Shown: positions 1 to 13,708, counted from the stretch's first letter. The stretch: 64,000 nucleotides of DNA from Lingula anatina (GCA_051362555.1 CM120640.1:33375967-33439966); one strand, 5' to 3'. The notes: generated by a model from the sequence alone, not told the origin. Program-made: numbers and translations.

Positions 1-255
1 ATCACGTCTGTTAAGATACTTCATGGTATATTACCACTTCATAGGATAAGAATTACTACTTCATGATAGAAGGCGACTTCATTGGTTAAAAAATAAGGAC
101 CCTTAGGAGACTTCGTAGTATATTACCACTTCATGGTACTTTGTATCCAAACATGTTTCAGTTCTGGTTGGATGTGGAAATTAGGCGTAAAGGTCGATAT
201 GATGTTTCATTATAGACCTTGATTTCCAGAGTGACGCGTGTATTCGAAATGGGGC

Positions 256-267
256 GTGTGTGTGTGT

Positions 268-298
<31 letters not shown>

Positions 299-310
299 GG
301 GGGGGGGGAG
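256..310. repeat. (GT)n microsatellite followed by poly-G
   Basis: Seen directly. Confidence 0.95.
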
Positions 311-1625
311 TAACATTACTCACTCACATGATAGTGCGTATGTTATCTCGTTGGAGTTTAATGAAGCTGTTATTTTCATATGTTCTCGTAGATACCCGTG
401 AGATTAACTTCTATAAATAATGTACTTTATTTCAAGAGCTCCGGTCCAATGGCGGAAAGCATAAAGCTAGTTTTTTGTTTTACCCTTTTAGTTTTGAAAT
501 TTTTCAGATTTCAGGACGTTTAAAAACTGACAATATTTGGACGTTGAATCATGGCGGGTCTAAGGCACTAGATATATAAGACAAACGAAGTGTATAAATA
601 AACACATTGCCTGCCTTTAAACTAGGGCATAAAACTGACCATGTGTGGTTTGATTGACGGCACAGGTTTATAGATGTGGCTAGTACACAGTAGCAAGAAT
701 GTATGTCTTTCCACTGTAGGTAGAGAACTCTACTAGGCAGAGAGGTTTTAATTTTGCTCCACACTAGGTGTACATTAATATCTTTAACAAACCGTCTATT
801 CCATTATTCGTGTTATAGAAGTATCTCTTTTGTAACTATGACATAAATGTTATGACTTGCAATAACAAGCTGTAAAAATAGGCTTTTCTATTGATATGCA
901 ACAAATATGTTTCGAAAATATCTCGGTCGTTTAAAAAGATTGACCTCTTGGCCTATATACTTAATGAAAACGCTTAGGTCGGAAAGTCCGAAATCTGAAT
1001 GATTTGAAACGGTCAACTGTCCAGATAGATGTTGGGGAGAATGAAATGCTGGGGATTCATAAAACTGGTGTAGAGCCGCATTTTGCAACTGCAACGCATT
1101 TTGCAACCAAAGAAAATCGTGAAAATGAATTTTTCAACCGGAACGCATTTTGCAACCAGAATTTTTTCTTAGTCAATAAATAGCTAGTGAGAAGTTCTAT
1201 AGAGGTAGAATTGGAATGGGGACGGGGTTGTCTCGGCTAGGTACGCTTACATTGGTCAAGGTTTCCCTGTGGTGGACAATTTATTATATACATGCATAAT
1301 CTATTTCACATTGTTACTTCCTAAACCATTATAGTTAGGAACTTGATACGTCGGGGATTAATAAACCTATCATTATAGGGATTTGCAAAGGCTCTTCGGA
1401 ATTCAATTGTGACTTGGGGTGTGGTTGACCCTGGGGGTAATCTATTCTAATTTTTACATCGTATTTTATGCTAGAAGCATGAAACGTGGCTACATACTAT
1501 TTTGAATGTGGAAGGGCACTTCGGATTTTTTTATGTACAGACACAGATGTGTCTGTACATATAGCCATCATCTGCGTCTGTCGTCGCCGTCGGTGCCGTC
1601 GTCGCCGTCGTCGCCGTGCACTTTT

Positions 1626-2250
1626 ACCGATAACACGATAAGTGGAAAACCATTTTACCTTTTGACTTGAAACTTGCAGAACTGATGAATATTCATAATA
1701 CGCAGGTCAAGTTCGAAAATCAGCATGATCGGGTCACTTTTAGGGAATTTATGCTGTTTTTTTCACTTTTTTCAGCATAGATGCAGCACCGATAACACGA
1801 TAAGTGGAAAACCATTTTACCTTTTGACTTGAAACTTACAGAACTGATGAATATTCATAATACGCAGGTCAAGTTCGAAAATCAGCATGATCGGGTCACT
1901 TTTAGGGAATTTATGCTGTTTTTTTCACTTTTTTCAGCATATATGAAGCACCGATAACACGATAAGTGGAAAACCATTTTACCTTTTGACTTGAAACTTA
2001 CAGAACTGATGAATATTCATAATATGCAGGTCAAGTTCGAAAATCAGCATGCTTGGGCCATTTTTAGGGAATTTATGCTTTTTTTTCACTATTTTCAATA
2101 TAAATACAACACTGATAACACAATATAAGAAAAACGGATTGGCCAATTGTAATTATACTCACAGGAGTGGTCAATCTTACTAAAACGCAGGTTGAGTTCG
2201 AAAATCAGCATAATCGGGCCATTATTTTAGAAGTTATACTGTTTTTCACA
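1626..2250. repeat. 162-bp tandem repeat (~3.8 units) inside the HINE-like element
   Basis: Unit start accgataacacgataagtgg at 1626, 1788 and 1950; a degenerate unit starts at 2111. Confidence 0.95.
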
Positions 2251-2650
2251 TTTCCTCAGATTCAATTATTAGGCATGTTAACAGTCTCATTATTTAACTA
2301 ATAAGATGCCTAAAAGTGTTTGTTTGATATTTCCTGCATCTTTACAACATTGTTAGTTGATTATGTAAAAAACATGGTAAACTTGTTATCATGTATTGTG
2401 TAATAAAGTGTCAAAAATGGAAATAAACTCATATCATTGCAGTTTGTCAGATTCAATCATCCACTATGTTCAGAATCTCAGAATGGAGGAAATTGGACAT
2501 TTAACACTGTTCTATTGATACTTTTCCCATCTCATCAATTTTCTTAGTTGGTCATATAAAATGGCAGTAAAATGTTTATTTTGTTTTATGTTAAAAAAGT
2601 GTTAAAAATGGAAATAAACCCATTTCAGAACAGTGCTGTCTTCTTTACAT

Positions 2651-2936
2651 TTTGGCATTTTCAAGGCGTGACTTTGAAGTTCCATGGGCCTGAAGACCTT
2701 GCTAGTCACATTTTCTGAATATCTGTGAAACAAATATTTTATAATTAAAAATTGATGGTCATTAAGCTGTTAAACATTATGTAATATTGCATCAAAATTT
2801 GAAGAAACCCCTATTTTGGGCACTGCTCCTATGATGACCATTTAAGGGAAATCATGTCACTTACTGTTCTCAAACTTACAGGAAAGAAACATGGGACTAA
2901 AATACAGCTTCAGTAGGCAATGCGGTCTGTTTGGTA

Positions 2937-2969
<33 letters not shown>

Positions 2970-3360
2970 TTTTTTGGCAGTTAAACAGTTTTTTGTGAAA
3001 ATTTAATTTTTCACATATTGGCATTTTCAAGGTGTGACTTTAAAGTTCCATGATCTTGAAGACTTTTGCTTGTCACATTTTCTGAATGTCCATGTTATTA
3101 ATATTTTATTAATAACATTTGATTGTCATTATGCTGTTAAACATTATGTAATGTTGCATCAAAATTTGAAGAAACCCCTATTTTGGGCACTGCTCCTATG
3201 ATGACCATTTAAGGGAAATCATGTCACTTACTGTTCTCAAACTTACAGGAAAGAAACATGGGTCTAACATACAGCTTCAATAGGCAACGCAGTCTGTTTG
3301 GTAAATTTTTCTGGCAATTTAACAGTTTTTTGTGAAAATTTAATTTTTCACTTATTTGCA
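2651..3360. repeat. ~366-bp tandem duplication inside the HINE-like element
   Basis: ttggcattttcaagg... recurs at ~2652 and ~3018 with long colinear identity. Confidence 0.9.
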
Positions 3361-3429
3361 TCTTTATTTTCTGTTCTTTGTCTGTACATTTGACAGCTTT
3401 GCTGCCTTGTTTTTTTTTTTTTTTTTTTT

Positions 3430-4880
3430 TTGGGGGGGGGGGTCCTGGGGGCGGTTGAGTCTAATTGACATTGTTATTCCTGCTATATCTATCCTGAGAC
3501 CAATAAAGCTGGGAACGTAAGGCTATGGGGATTGAAAAATCTGTCTTTGGGGATGTGTATGGGTCCTTCTGCGTTTTTGTGACATTGGGTGTGGCCGTCC
3601 CTGGGGAGGTTGATTTTAAATTTTACATCGTTATTCGTGCTTCTACCCTTACGCCATTACAGTTGGGAACATGAAACCTTCCGGGCTGATAAGCTTACCA
3701 TTGAGGATATGCATAGGTTTCCGGGAATGTTAGTATGATATTTCAGGTGTGGCTATCCCGGGGGGTGGTTGATTCTATTTTTCACAACTTTATTTCTGCC
3801 ATCTATACCCTTAAATTTTAAGAAACATGGAACAGAGATTGATGAACCTGTCATTTTAATGAATGTGCATGGGTCCTTGAGAAATGTAGAGAACAGCAGA
3901 AGCACATACAGAACTAAATGGACTTCCAGCCATATGCATAAATATAGGTCAGGGAATCCAATTAAAAACTAATTCAAGGCCCCACACATTCAATCAGGAA
4001 TCCTAGCGTTTAACTGCTGTTGTGTCTTAACACAAAACAAAAATGTTTATTTCCCAAGAGCAGTAATTAACATGTGTGTTTTATGTTAAAGAACAATGGG
4101 ACTTGGACCCTAGGATTCCTGAGAGTATGGTGTCTTGAATGGGTTTTAATTAACTTGTCCTATATTCAAGAATACGACTGAAGGTCTGTTAGTTAGTACT
4201 GTCTGCTGCTTTCTGTACATTTCCCCTTCCTTCCTAACTCGAAGACCGCCATCAGATTCACACATACAGGGTAGGATGTAGTACTAGCTGGGTCGGTCCA
4301 ACTCTGCAAGGAATCTTAATTGCAATCTATGGAATCAGCTTCATTGCCTGACAAACCACTAATTACTCCACCCTCTAGGGACGGCCACACCCCAAGTCAC
4401 ACTAATGTAGCCCACCCATGCACCAAAGACTCATGTTCCTAATTCGAATGGTCTAGGGGGAGATGAAATAAATTACGGTAATATATATATGTGTACCATC
4501 CCCAGGGACAGCCACACCCCAGGTCACAAAAAAAAAAAAAAAAACTGCCTGTGCACACCCCGACATTTTAGTTTCCTCAACCTAAAGACCTATGGGTATA
4601 TAGCAGAAAATACAATTTAAAGATAATAATCAACCACCCCTAGGTCACCAAAGTCACCAAAAATCCGAAGGACACGTGCACATCCCTAATGGCAAGTTTA
4701 AATATCCCCAACGTCTCATGTTCCTCACTTTAATGGATAGAGGATACCAGTAACAACGATATAAAAAAAAATATACCCCCCCCCCCAAAGGACTGCAAAG
4801 TCCCACTACTAAAGGTCTACGGGTAGATAGCAGAAATTACGATGTAAAAATTACAATCAACCACAATTACAATCAACCAC
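3430..4880. repeat. Degenerate ~170-bp repeat family in both orientations around a central inverted repeat
   Basis: gtgacattgggtgtggccgtccctgggg (~3580, also ~1410) appears reverse-complemented at ~4375 and ~4500. Arms 3881-4006 and 4110-4222 are imperfect inverted repeats. Confidence 0.65.
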
Positions 4881-5833
4881 AATTCTGAATAAATATCAAT
4901 CTACAAGCCTGTTGATCTCGCAGATCAACTACGTTAATTAGGCTGCTAAACAGCAAGTAGGCCTACCCTCCCCCCCCCCCCTCCGAACGCCTTATTAACA
5001 GGTTTCCAAATGCAGACTGTGCCGCAGATAATACTTTCGGGTCAAATGAGAGCCAGCCAAGGGCACATTTCGGGGACACCATTGATCACACCATGATGGA
5101 CATTCACAGGTGTAGGACCAGAACAGAGCATCTCGGAAACCAAGGGACAGACGTAAATCATTACACTTGCGCGTGTCTTACCTCATGGAAAAATTAGTCT
5201 TTTCAGAGTGGGATGCGACTTGATCAAGATAATTGTAGAGCACAATTATATACAAAACCTTCTCTGCTTCTTTTTATTATCTATTTATTTATCTTTAATA
5301 ATTGATTCCTATTTGTTTATTTATCCATCTTATAATCCAGTAACCTACGCGTAAATTATATTTTCATAGCCTGGTTTACCTGATCCAGTAGTTTTATGTA
5401 TCAAGCAGATCTGGGAGGGGAGGACCCAGGGGGTCTGGACCCCCTATTTCTTCAACGCTGATCATAATCTCCCATAATGTACTAATTTTTAGAAATACTG
5501 GATCCTCACCTACATACGCCTGTGTATTTTAAAATTACTCAAAACATGCATCCAATACCACTAAAGAAACCCTATTCAGTCATACAAGTGAATTAAAACG
5601 TACAGTTTACCTATTTTGGATAATATTTACAGTACAAAAACATTATATTTCAAAAACGTTCTCTCTCATAACGTTGGACCAACAACAGGTACTTTTTCAC
5701 CATTATCCCATGAAGTCGCAGGCAATATCTTATGTGGAGATGAAGTCGCAATTTATCCTATGAAGTCGATTTGACAGTAAAATCAGAGCATTTATCCCAT
5801 GAAGTGGTAATATACCATGAAGTATCTTAACAC

Positions 5834-6729
5834 ACGTCGTTTTCAGTGATGAGGCCAGATATGGAGTTTTTAGGGTTGGTGGTCGAATCCGTGTCCGCCA
5901 TACGAGAGGCATAAAACGATGATTGTGTACTGGCTAGGGTGCAAGCAGGGGGTGTTAACGTCTCTGTTTGGGGAGCATTTCATGTCGGTGCCCAGAACCA
6001 GTTGGTTTTTCTAGGAGGCAACCTCAACCAGGGTTCCTACAGAGACATTCTACAGCAAACAATGCTTCGATTTGTAAGAGTCATCTTCAGGAACAACTTT
6101 GTGTACCAAGACGACTTCGCAACCCCACATCGAGGTCGCAGAATCACTGTTTTTCTTCGAAACCAATGGGTTCGCAACTGCCCTGGCCTGCAAACTCCAC
6201 AGATATGAACCCAATTGAAAATCTGTGGGCGGAAGTAACTCACAAAATTAATAGCTATGGTCATCGGCCGGTAAACAGTGATGAACTGCGACAGGCAAAT
6301 ATCACTGTGTGGAATGATATCCCCATCCAAACTCTTAAAAAACTTTTCACAGGGTATGCCATGCAGGATGAGGGCGCTGCAAGCGGCAGCTGGAGGTCAT
6401 ACCTGCTATTAATGACTTTTCATGATTTACTGTGATGAGTTCTTTGACCGTGTAACATATCACTGTCGGGAGGCTATCATTTTCTTTAATATCTTAGCTT
6501 AAAATTAATACTGACATCAAACTGTTGATATCGTATTCTGCTGGTGTTCTTTTCTTTTAATGACATCTTATGTCAGATTTGATATTATTGACCAAAACAT
6601 TTAACAATAGAAGACTGGATATTTTTATCACTCAATGACATACTTTTTCATGAATCAAGCCAATTTTTTAAAAATCAGCCCTCAAAAATAACAATGATAA
6701 AAAATATTCCATATTAAGTGGTAACCCTG
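5834..6729 (+). mobile_element. Tc1/mariner transposon 3' half (frameshifted DD34E transposase plus right end)
   Basis: Motifs HVVFSDEAR, VWGAF, YQDDFATPHR and WPANSTDMNPIENLW are spread over different frames. The element ends ...gtggtaaccctg followed by TA at 6730-6731. Confidence 0.88.
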
Positions 6730-6920
6730 TATAAGGACCATTCTTTTCGCTCTCAAAATAAGAACATAGCTACATGTAATACAAAAATAAAAAAATAAAA
6801 AATGGAGATCTAGATCAATACATTTATTATTGACAAAATTCGGCATTTATTTATGTCAAAAACACTGCACTATATTTGATTTATATGTAAAATTTAAAGG
6901 CTACGGATGTTGCAATTATC

Positions 6921-9340
6921 TTAAATTTCGAGTTTCATAGATTTTGGTAAAAGCTCCATTTCTTTTATTTCAGTTTTATTTCCTTGCTCATTTTTTTCTG
7001 TTGATGCCTTTCGTATTTTCCAGCACATGAACATTTTATAAATAACTGTTATCACAGATGGCTCAACCATCATGGTGACGCCTACCAAAACAGGAATGGA
7101 AATAATATATGCTCCCCTGTCTGTAGGAAATGATATCGCAATCAGAGTGAGGGCTATTGCCACGTTCTGACACCCTGTCTCAAACGCAATGGTTCGGCAA
7201 CATTTGGCAGTCTGGCAAGCGGCGGCCGAAAACGCATACCCCAGGATAAATCCAACGACTGGCAAAAGCAGAGCGGCTATCCAAATCTTCCATCCTGACG
7301 TGAATATGTGTGGGTAAAGGATGATCTGGCAAACGATGACAATGAGTATGCTAACCAAGCCACATGCACTGGCTACCTGAAAGAAAATACAGTGAAATTG
7401 ATTTTAAGAAAACAGCGCACAAACAGAAGAAGGAGACCTTTGCAGATTTCACAATTACGAAAAGAGATATATGGTTAATAGTGAAGTAAGATTACAAGGG
7501 ATTCTGACAGTGCTTTGAAACTTTATGGCCAATGTCAATTTCATTTCCATTCAAATCACATGCAAACACATTTTTTCTGCCTACATATGGCACCAATAAC
7601 CAAACTGTTGTATTTATTTGTTTCTCCGAATACAAACAGGGATAAAATTAAAACAGATGCTGCCACCATCTCTTTATACGTCTGCCCACTTACAACTGAA
7701 AATCTAAGTTGCTGAGTCTATAGTCTCTAAAAGTTCTAAACCGCTACCGGCAACTCAAAAACTCTGTATCTATCCTCCTCTCTCTTTTAGAAACTCTTCC
7801 AACTCCTACTGATTTCAACTAACTATCTCTAAATTCTGATTTCCCCGCCTTTAAGTTAAACTGTGCATGACCCGCCCTGCTCACAAGTGACAGTTATTCT
7901 CCACTCTTGATGTGGTTGCAGAAGGACATCTGTGCCAGGACAGAAATATGCAGATATTCGATCCATATATACAGCTTTTCGGTAACCAGAGACGGGTGCG
8001 CACCCAATGCCCGTATTTACCCGGTTTGAAGGGAACGGATGTTTGCTGTTATGCATGTCTAACAGGGATAAATGCCCGTAGGACGTTAGTTCTTTAAGCT
8101 TTAGTTTTTATATTTACTATCTACTACTTTCTACTAGGTGTTTTAGAAGACACCAAAAACATAATATGATAAAATGAAAAGTGGTAAGGAAGATTACCCT
8201 AGGTAGTTAACTGAAGTTATGTATTAATTACTTCCATCTAGTGTCAGAACCACACTGCCATATCAACCATCCTGCCGTATCAACCATCCTGCCATATCAT
8301 ACCCCCATTACTGGTCACTAACTTGCCATTACCTGCACAAGCCTTTTGGCAATTTTCGGAAGTTTCCACTTGATAAGCACGCCGATTCCAGCTGGTATGA
8401 GAACCGTAAGGAGAGTGATGAAGATTTTCAGATACGGCACAACTACGTCGTCGTCTGTCCAACTTCGGCTGTATATAAACAGATTCAAGGGCATCATGCC
8501 AAAGGCGAACACGGTGGAACAGGCTGTCATGAAAACACTGGGAAGCAAAAAGTAGTTATTGTTAAGCCAAGTGTTAAAACAGTAGGTTGTATAAAACAGA
8601 AATAAAGCACTACACTGTAGAATAAATTACGTTTCTATGAAGAAAAAATTTACAGTTAACAAATGTTGCTCTTTGAGCTTTAAGGCATGTTATAATGATC
8701 TAACAGTGCATTATTATGTCGGTCCTTAAATTGCATAACCTTCATTCACCGAGCTTCAGCTGGGGACATTGACATTCACGTTTTTACTACCTGTACATGC
8801 CTGCCTAGCACGAAAACTCATGTGTTAGCACTACTATTTAGGTTTTACATTATATTAATTATGACTTTACGTGCTAGCCTCTGTCGTAATAATAGAAACT
8901 GCTGTTAACAAAGAGACGAGATTACAGTGTCTTAATGGTGATCATCAGTAGTCAAATCATTTACTGTAATTTTTTCTTTACCTGAGAGGAACGTCCCCGT
9001 CATTCCAGTAGGTAAAGATATTGGACACCGTTCCACCCGGACAACAGCCAAGGATTAACAACCCTAACGCACGGTCCGCAGATAGTTGTAGGGCGTGTGC
9101 CAGGCTGAAGGACAGGAGAGGCATCACGATGAACTGACAGGCAGCGCCAATAACTGGACCGATTGGACGTTTGATGTGCACCTTCAGTACTTTCCACTCA
9201 ATATCGCACCCCATCCCTAACATAATGAGCACCAAGATAATCGGCAAAAGCCACTGGATGGCTCGTTTTAAGTTCTCCTTGACTGGATCATGCACGACTT
9301 CTGTAAAATTGCCGTAAGTTCCATTTTGATCTAGATCCAT
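6921..9340 (-). CDS. SLC10 family Na+/bile-acid cotransporter-like, copy 1 (339 aa)
   Basis: Exons 9340-8982, 8537-8333 and 7376-6921 have GT-AG junctions in compatible phases. Motifs MLGMGC, CQF, GCCPGGTVSN, DGDVPLS, MPLNL and ETGCQN are present. Confidence 0.93.
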
Positions 9341-10878
9341 GGTGTCTTAAGCTTGTGAAATAGCACAAACTTCAACAAGTCTGCTTTGCAGGAAATAAGC
9401 ATACTAATGCAAATTCAAGACGTGATCAAATTTCAGGTCAAATCCAAAACAACAAGGCGTGCTGTGAAGTTTTAATGCTAGATGTTATGGGTTCCATCCA
9501 TTACACAGACGTATTCGTTTAAAGTAGGCTCAGTGTAGGGTCTGTGTTTCTTTTATTTTTTAAACTCATTATGTTTCATGTTTAAGTTTCAAGTTTTAAG
9601 GAGGTCTTTTATAGGCCACCTGTTTGTTCTGAGACCCATCTCGGTAACTTCATTTGAGGGTTCCGATGCATGTTCATGTATGAGTCGGATAAGCATATGC
9701 TGTATTCAGTTGTTCCTCGACTCTAAATTGCCACAAACTGAATGTGTCTCAATCCCCTCTTCACATCTTGGCGTCAGTTAAAACTACATCTAAACGGTAT
9801 CTAAACTGCCTCAAACTATTCTCCATTACAACTATTTTATTACTCAAATTTATCATTTGTAGTAAATACATGTTTTTTACTAGAAGTCAGGCTCATCAAA
9901 ATTTAAAGCAAAGGCCATTTTAGAATTATGGAGGTAAGATTCAGTACTTATGCAGTCTGCTTTAACCATTTAAAAACGTTTTTAGACTACTAAATATCCT
10001 TTCTCAGGGACCATATGTGGGTTGTCAAAGGTGGGTTTCATTTCAAGAGGGTGGGGGGGGGGGGGGGGAGAGTCGGTTTCGCATGCGCGGTCCTCACTTC
10101 AAATAATCCTGGAATAGCCCCTGAATGTGATGTTCTAAATATCATAAAATTATATAAAATACATAACACCGGTGGACGAAGTCATTTAGTATACATGTAT
10201 AGTTAAAGTACATTCTAAACACATTTAACTATACAGTTTTATAGCAGAGCGAAACAGCGAAGATATGTAAAACATTAAAACGATTAACATCTGCAACTCA
10301 AGTAAATTGAAATATTCCAAAGAATTATCAACAATATGATGTTCCCGTTGTTATCGCAAATACATGTATGTCATGTACATGTAACACATAATACCGGTGG
10401 ACAAATCTGTATGGTAAAGCTGAAATAATCCATTCTGAATAACTCTTTCGTGTGACAATTAGGCTTAAGACAATTTTGTCCCAGGGAAAAATGGCAAAAA
10501 TGTATGAAAAACATACCATTCTATTATAAAAGTTAATTGAAAGCGGTGCTATATCCAGCGGTAGCAACACTAAAATCTTTTAAACAACGACTGGTAAATA
10601 AGCTGTAAAGTGTAGTGTTTGGTTGCGAAAACACTAACTGTAGATTGTAATAATTTACATCCTATGCTAATACAAATTTACTTAATAAAATTATACATAA
10701 TTCCGGTATGATCTCAACAAATATAACACAATCTCTCTCGAGCATATCGTTTCCTTACTACCTATATAGGCCTACTGTTAATTGAAATGCTCACGTTGTT
10801 TGCATATTTATAAATGAGAAAGTGTAGTTATATAAATGTAAATTACAGAACTTGCAGATATTCTTTTATATGTAAAAA

Positions 10879-12749
10879 TTATTGGTAACTGGTGTTGCAA
10901 TTACCATTAATATTGAATTTAATTATTGATATTGCTTTAGGCTCTGATTCTTCTATTTCTATCCTGTTGGCCTTTCGTATTTTCCAGCACATGAAAAATT
11001 TATAAATAACTGTTATCACAGATGGGTTAACCACCATTGTGACGATTGACAGAACAGGAATGGAAATAATATATGCTCCTCTATCCGGCGAAAATGATAT
11101 CGCAATCAGAGTGAGGGCTATTGCCACGTTCTGACTCCCTGTCTCAAACGCAATGGTTCGGCAACATTTGGCAGTCTGGCAAGCGGCGGCCGAAAACGCA
11201 TACCCCAGGATAATTCCAACGAATGGCAAAAGCACAGCGGCTATCCAGATCTTCCATTCTGACGTGAATATGTGTGGGTAAAGGATGATTTGGCAAACGA
11301 TGACAATGAGTATGCTTACCATGCCGCATCCACTGGCTACCTGAAAGAAAAAAACAGTGAAGTTGATTTGCCAATTTCACAATTGAGAAATTGGAATGGC
11401 CATTCTGTAGGACAAATAATCATACTGTTGTACTTATTTGTTTGAACGAATACAATCGGGGATAAAATAAAAACAGATCGATGCTGCCACCTATCAGTCG
11501 TAAGTTGTCTTTATACGTCTTCCACTTACAACTGAAAATCTTGTTTCTTGAGTCTATATTACTTTCACACCCGGCACACTTTACACTCCAATGGCAGTTA
11601 CACTTATTCAGATTGCTAACAACACGCGAGCTCTTTTATTGACATTTTTATATCTACTTTATGTTTAAGGAGATACCAAAATACGTAATGTAATATAATA
11701 ATGACCAGTGCTAAGGAAGATTAGCCCAATGTATTTATTATTTTCATTTAGTGCCAGAACAATGTCAACCCTCCTGTGATATCATATAGTGGTCACTGAT
11801 TTGCCATTACCTGCACAAGCCTTTTGGCAATTTTCGGAAGTTTCCACCTGATAAACACGCCGATTCCAGCTGGTATGACAACCGTAAGGAGAGTGATGAA
11901 GATTTTCAGAAACGGCACAACTACGTCGTCCGTCCAACTTCGACTGTATATAAACAGATTCAAGGGCATCATGCCAAAGGCGAGGACGGTGGAACAGGTT
12001 GTCATGAAAACACTAGGTAGCATAAAGTAGTTTTTGTTATATATTAATAGAACATAGTTAACAAATGTTGCTCTTTGAGCTTACGGCATTTTATAATGAT
12101 ATAAATGTGCATTACTATGTCGGGCCTTAAACTGCATGACCTTTATACACCGAGCTTTAGCTGGGGACACTTGACATTCACGTTTTTACTACCTAGGCAT
12201 ACCTGTCTAGCAAGAACACTCGTGCGTTTTACTATACATCATACAAAATATACTATCGCATGAATTTGCTTGCAAGTCTCTGTCATAATAATAGAGAGCA
12301 TGTTAGCAGAGAAACAAGATTTCATGCAATGTCCTCATTGTGGTCACCAATGGGCCAATTTGATTACTGTAACACTATTCATTCCATTACCTGAGAGGAA
12401 CGTCCCCGTCATTCCAGTAGGTAAACATATTGGACACCGTTCCACCCGGACAACAGCCAAGGATTAACAACCCTAACGCACGGTCCGCAGAGAGTTGTAG
12501 GGCGTGTGCCAGGCTGAAGGACAGGAGAGGCATCACGATGAACTGACAGGCAGCGCCAATAACTGGACCGATCGGACGCTTGATGTGCACCTTCAGTACC
12601 TTCCACTCAATATCGCACCCCATCCCTAACATAATGAGCACCAGGATAATCGGCAAAAGCCACTGGATGGCTTGTTTTAAATTCTCCTTGACTGGATCCT
12701 GCACGACCTCCGTAAAATTGCCATACGTTCCATTTTCATCTAGATCCAT
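10879..12749 (-). CDS. SLC10 family Na+/bile-acid cotransporter-like, copy 2 (340 aa)
   Basis: Exons 12749-12391, 12012-11811 and 11340-10879. Same motifs as copy 1 (ETGSQN variant); tandem paralog of copy 1. Confidence 0.93.
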
Positions 12750-12904
12750 GGTGTCTTAAGATTGTAAAATATCACAGACAACAAGGCATGTTCCTCTGCA
12801 AGATAAGCATACTAATGTAAATTCAAGATGTGATCAAATTTCGGGTCAAATCCAAAACAACAAGACGTGTTTTGAAGTCTTATTAATGATCTGGGTGGCA
12901 ATGC

Positions 12905-13708
12905 GTTCCATCTGTCACGATGACATAGACTTTGAATTTTGAATGCCTAAGGTAGATGTCTAAATATTTTAAACCTTGTACAACTGCCAATCCTTCCAAT
13001 TATGTGATGGGATAATTTTCCTCATGTCTTTTTAAACCTCTCCCGGCATAAGCGATGACTGTTTCTTTACCGTCTTGTATCTGTCATAAAACCATGCCTA
13101 TTGCGTGAGAACTCGCATCGGTGTAAAGAATAAATGGGAGATTAAAATTTGGATACGCAAGAATTGGAGCAAATGTAAGCGCTCTTTTCAAAGTATCGAA
13201 ATATGTTTGGCATTCGTCAGACCATTTAATTTCTTTCCCCTTTCGTGTAAGTGCTGCCAAGGGTCTAACAATGGCAACATAGCCTTTTATAAACTTCCGA
13301 CAGTAAGTAGCTAGCCAGTCCTAGAAATCCGCGGACTTGCTTTACATTTAAAGGGACTAAGATTTCCTGCACCGCCTTACACTTCATAGGGTCAACACGA
13401 ATACTGTCTTTGGAGACTATGTATCCTAAATAATTTACCTCTTTTCGTGCAGTAAAACATTTGGATGGCTTCAATGTCAAATTCGCTTTTCTTAGCCTTC
13501 GAAAAACAGTTTCCACGTCATGAAGGTTATCTTCAAAAGTGGGACTAGCAACTTTAATGTCATCGTCAAAGTACAAGAAAAGTGTTTTCCATGATAAACC
13601 CCGAAACACATTTTCTAACATACGTGAAAAAGTTGCGCCTGAGCTTTTAAGACCCATTGACATTCTGTTAGATTCAAAATGACCATCTTGACAAATAAAT
13701 GCGCTCAT
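12905..13708 (-). mobile_element. Ty3/Gypsy LTR retrotransposon pol remnant (RT and RNase H)
   Basis: MGLKSSGATFSRM, LYFDDD, LTLKPSKC and GFLGLASY; in another frame APILAYPNFNLPFILYTDASS...VIAYA with stop codons. No LTRs recognised. Confidence 0.9.

Larger units (their letters stand above)
1526..3411 (+). mobile_element. Helentron-associated non-autonomous element (HINE-like)
   Basis: T-run, then a 5' palindrome tgtacagacacagatgtgtctgtaca, a (GTC)n-like microsatellite and internal tandem repeats. The 3' end has a subterminal repeat tctgtaca, a short stem-loop and terminal cttgtt. Confidence 0.75.
8..5833. mobile_element. Non-autonomous TIR DNA element (~5.8 kb including nested insertions) inserted into a Tc1 transposase
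   Basis: 8-48 (ctgttaagatacttcatggtatattaccacttcataggat) is the near-perfect reverse complement of ~5793-5833. ACGT is duplicated at 4-7 and 5834-5837. Short 'acttcat' subterminal repeats occur at both ends. Confidence 0.7.

Noticed and set aside
219-420. ORFs rich in CV and G repeats
   Set aside because: They are translations of the (GT)n and poly-G microsatellite.
7717-8110. Insertion unique to intron 2 of SLC10 copy 1
   Set aside because: Probably a TE remnant, but no diagnostic termini or protein motif could be identified.
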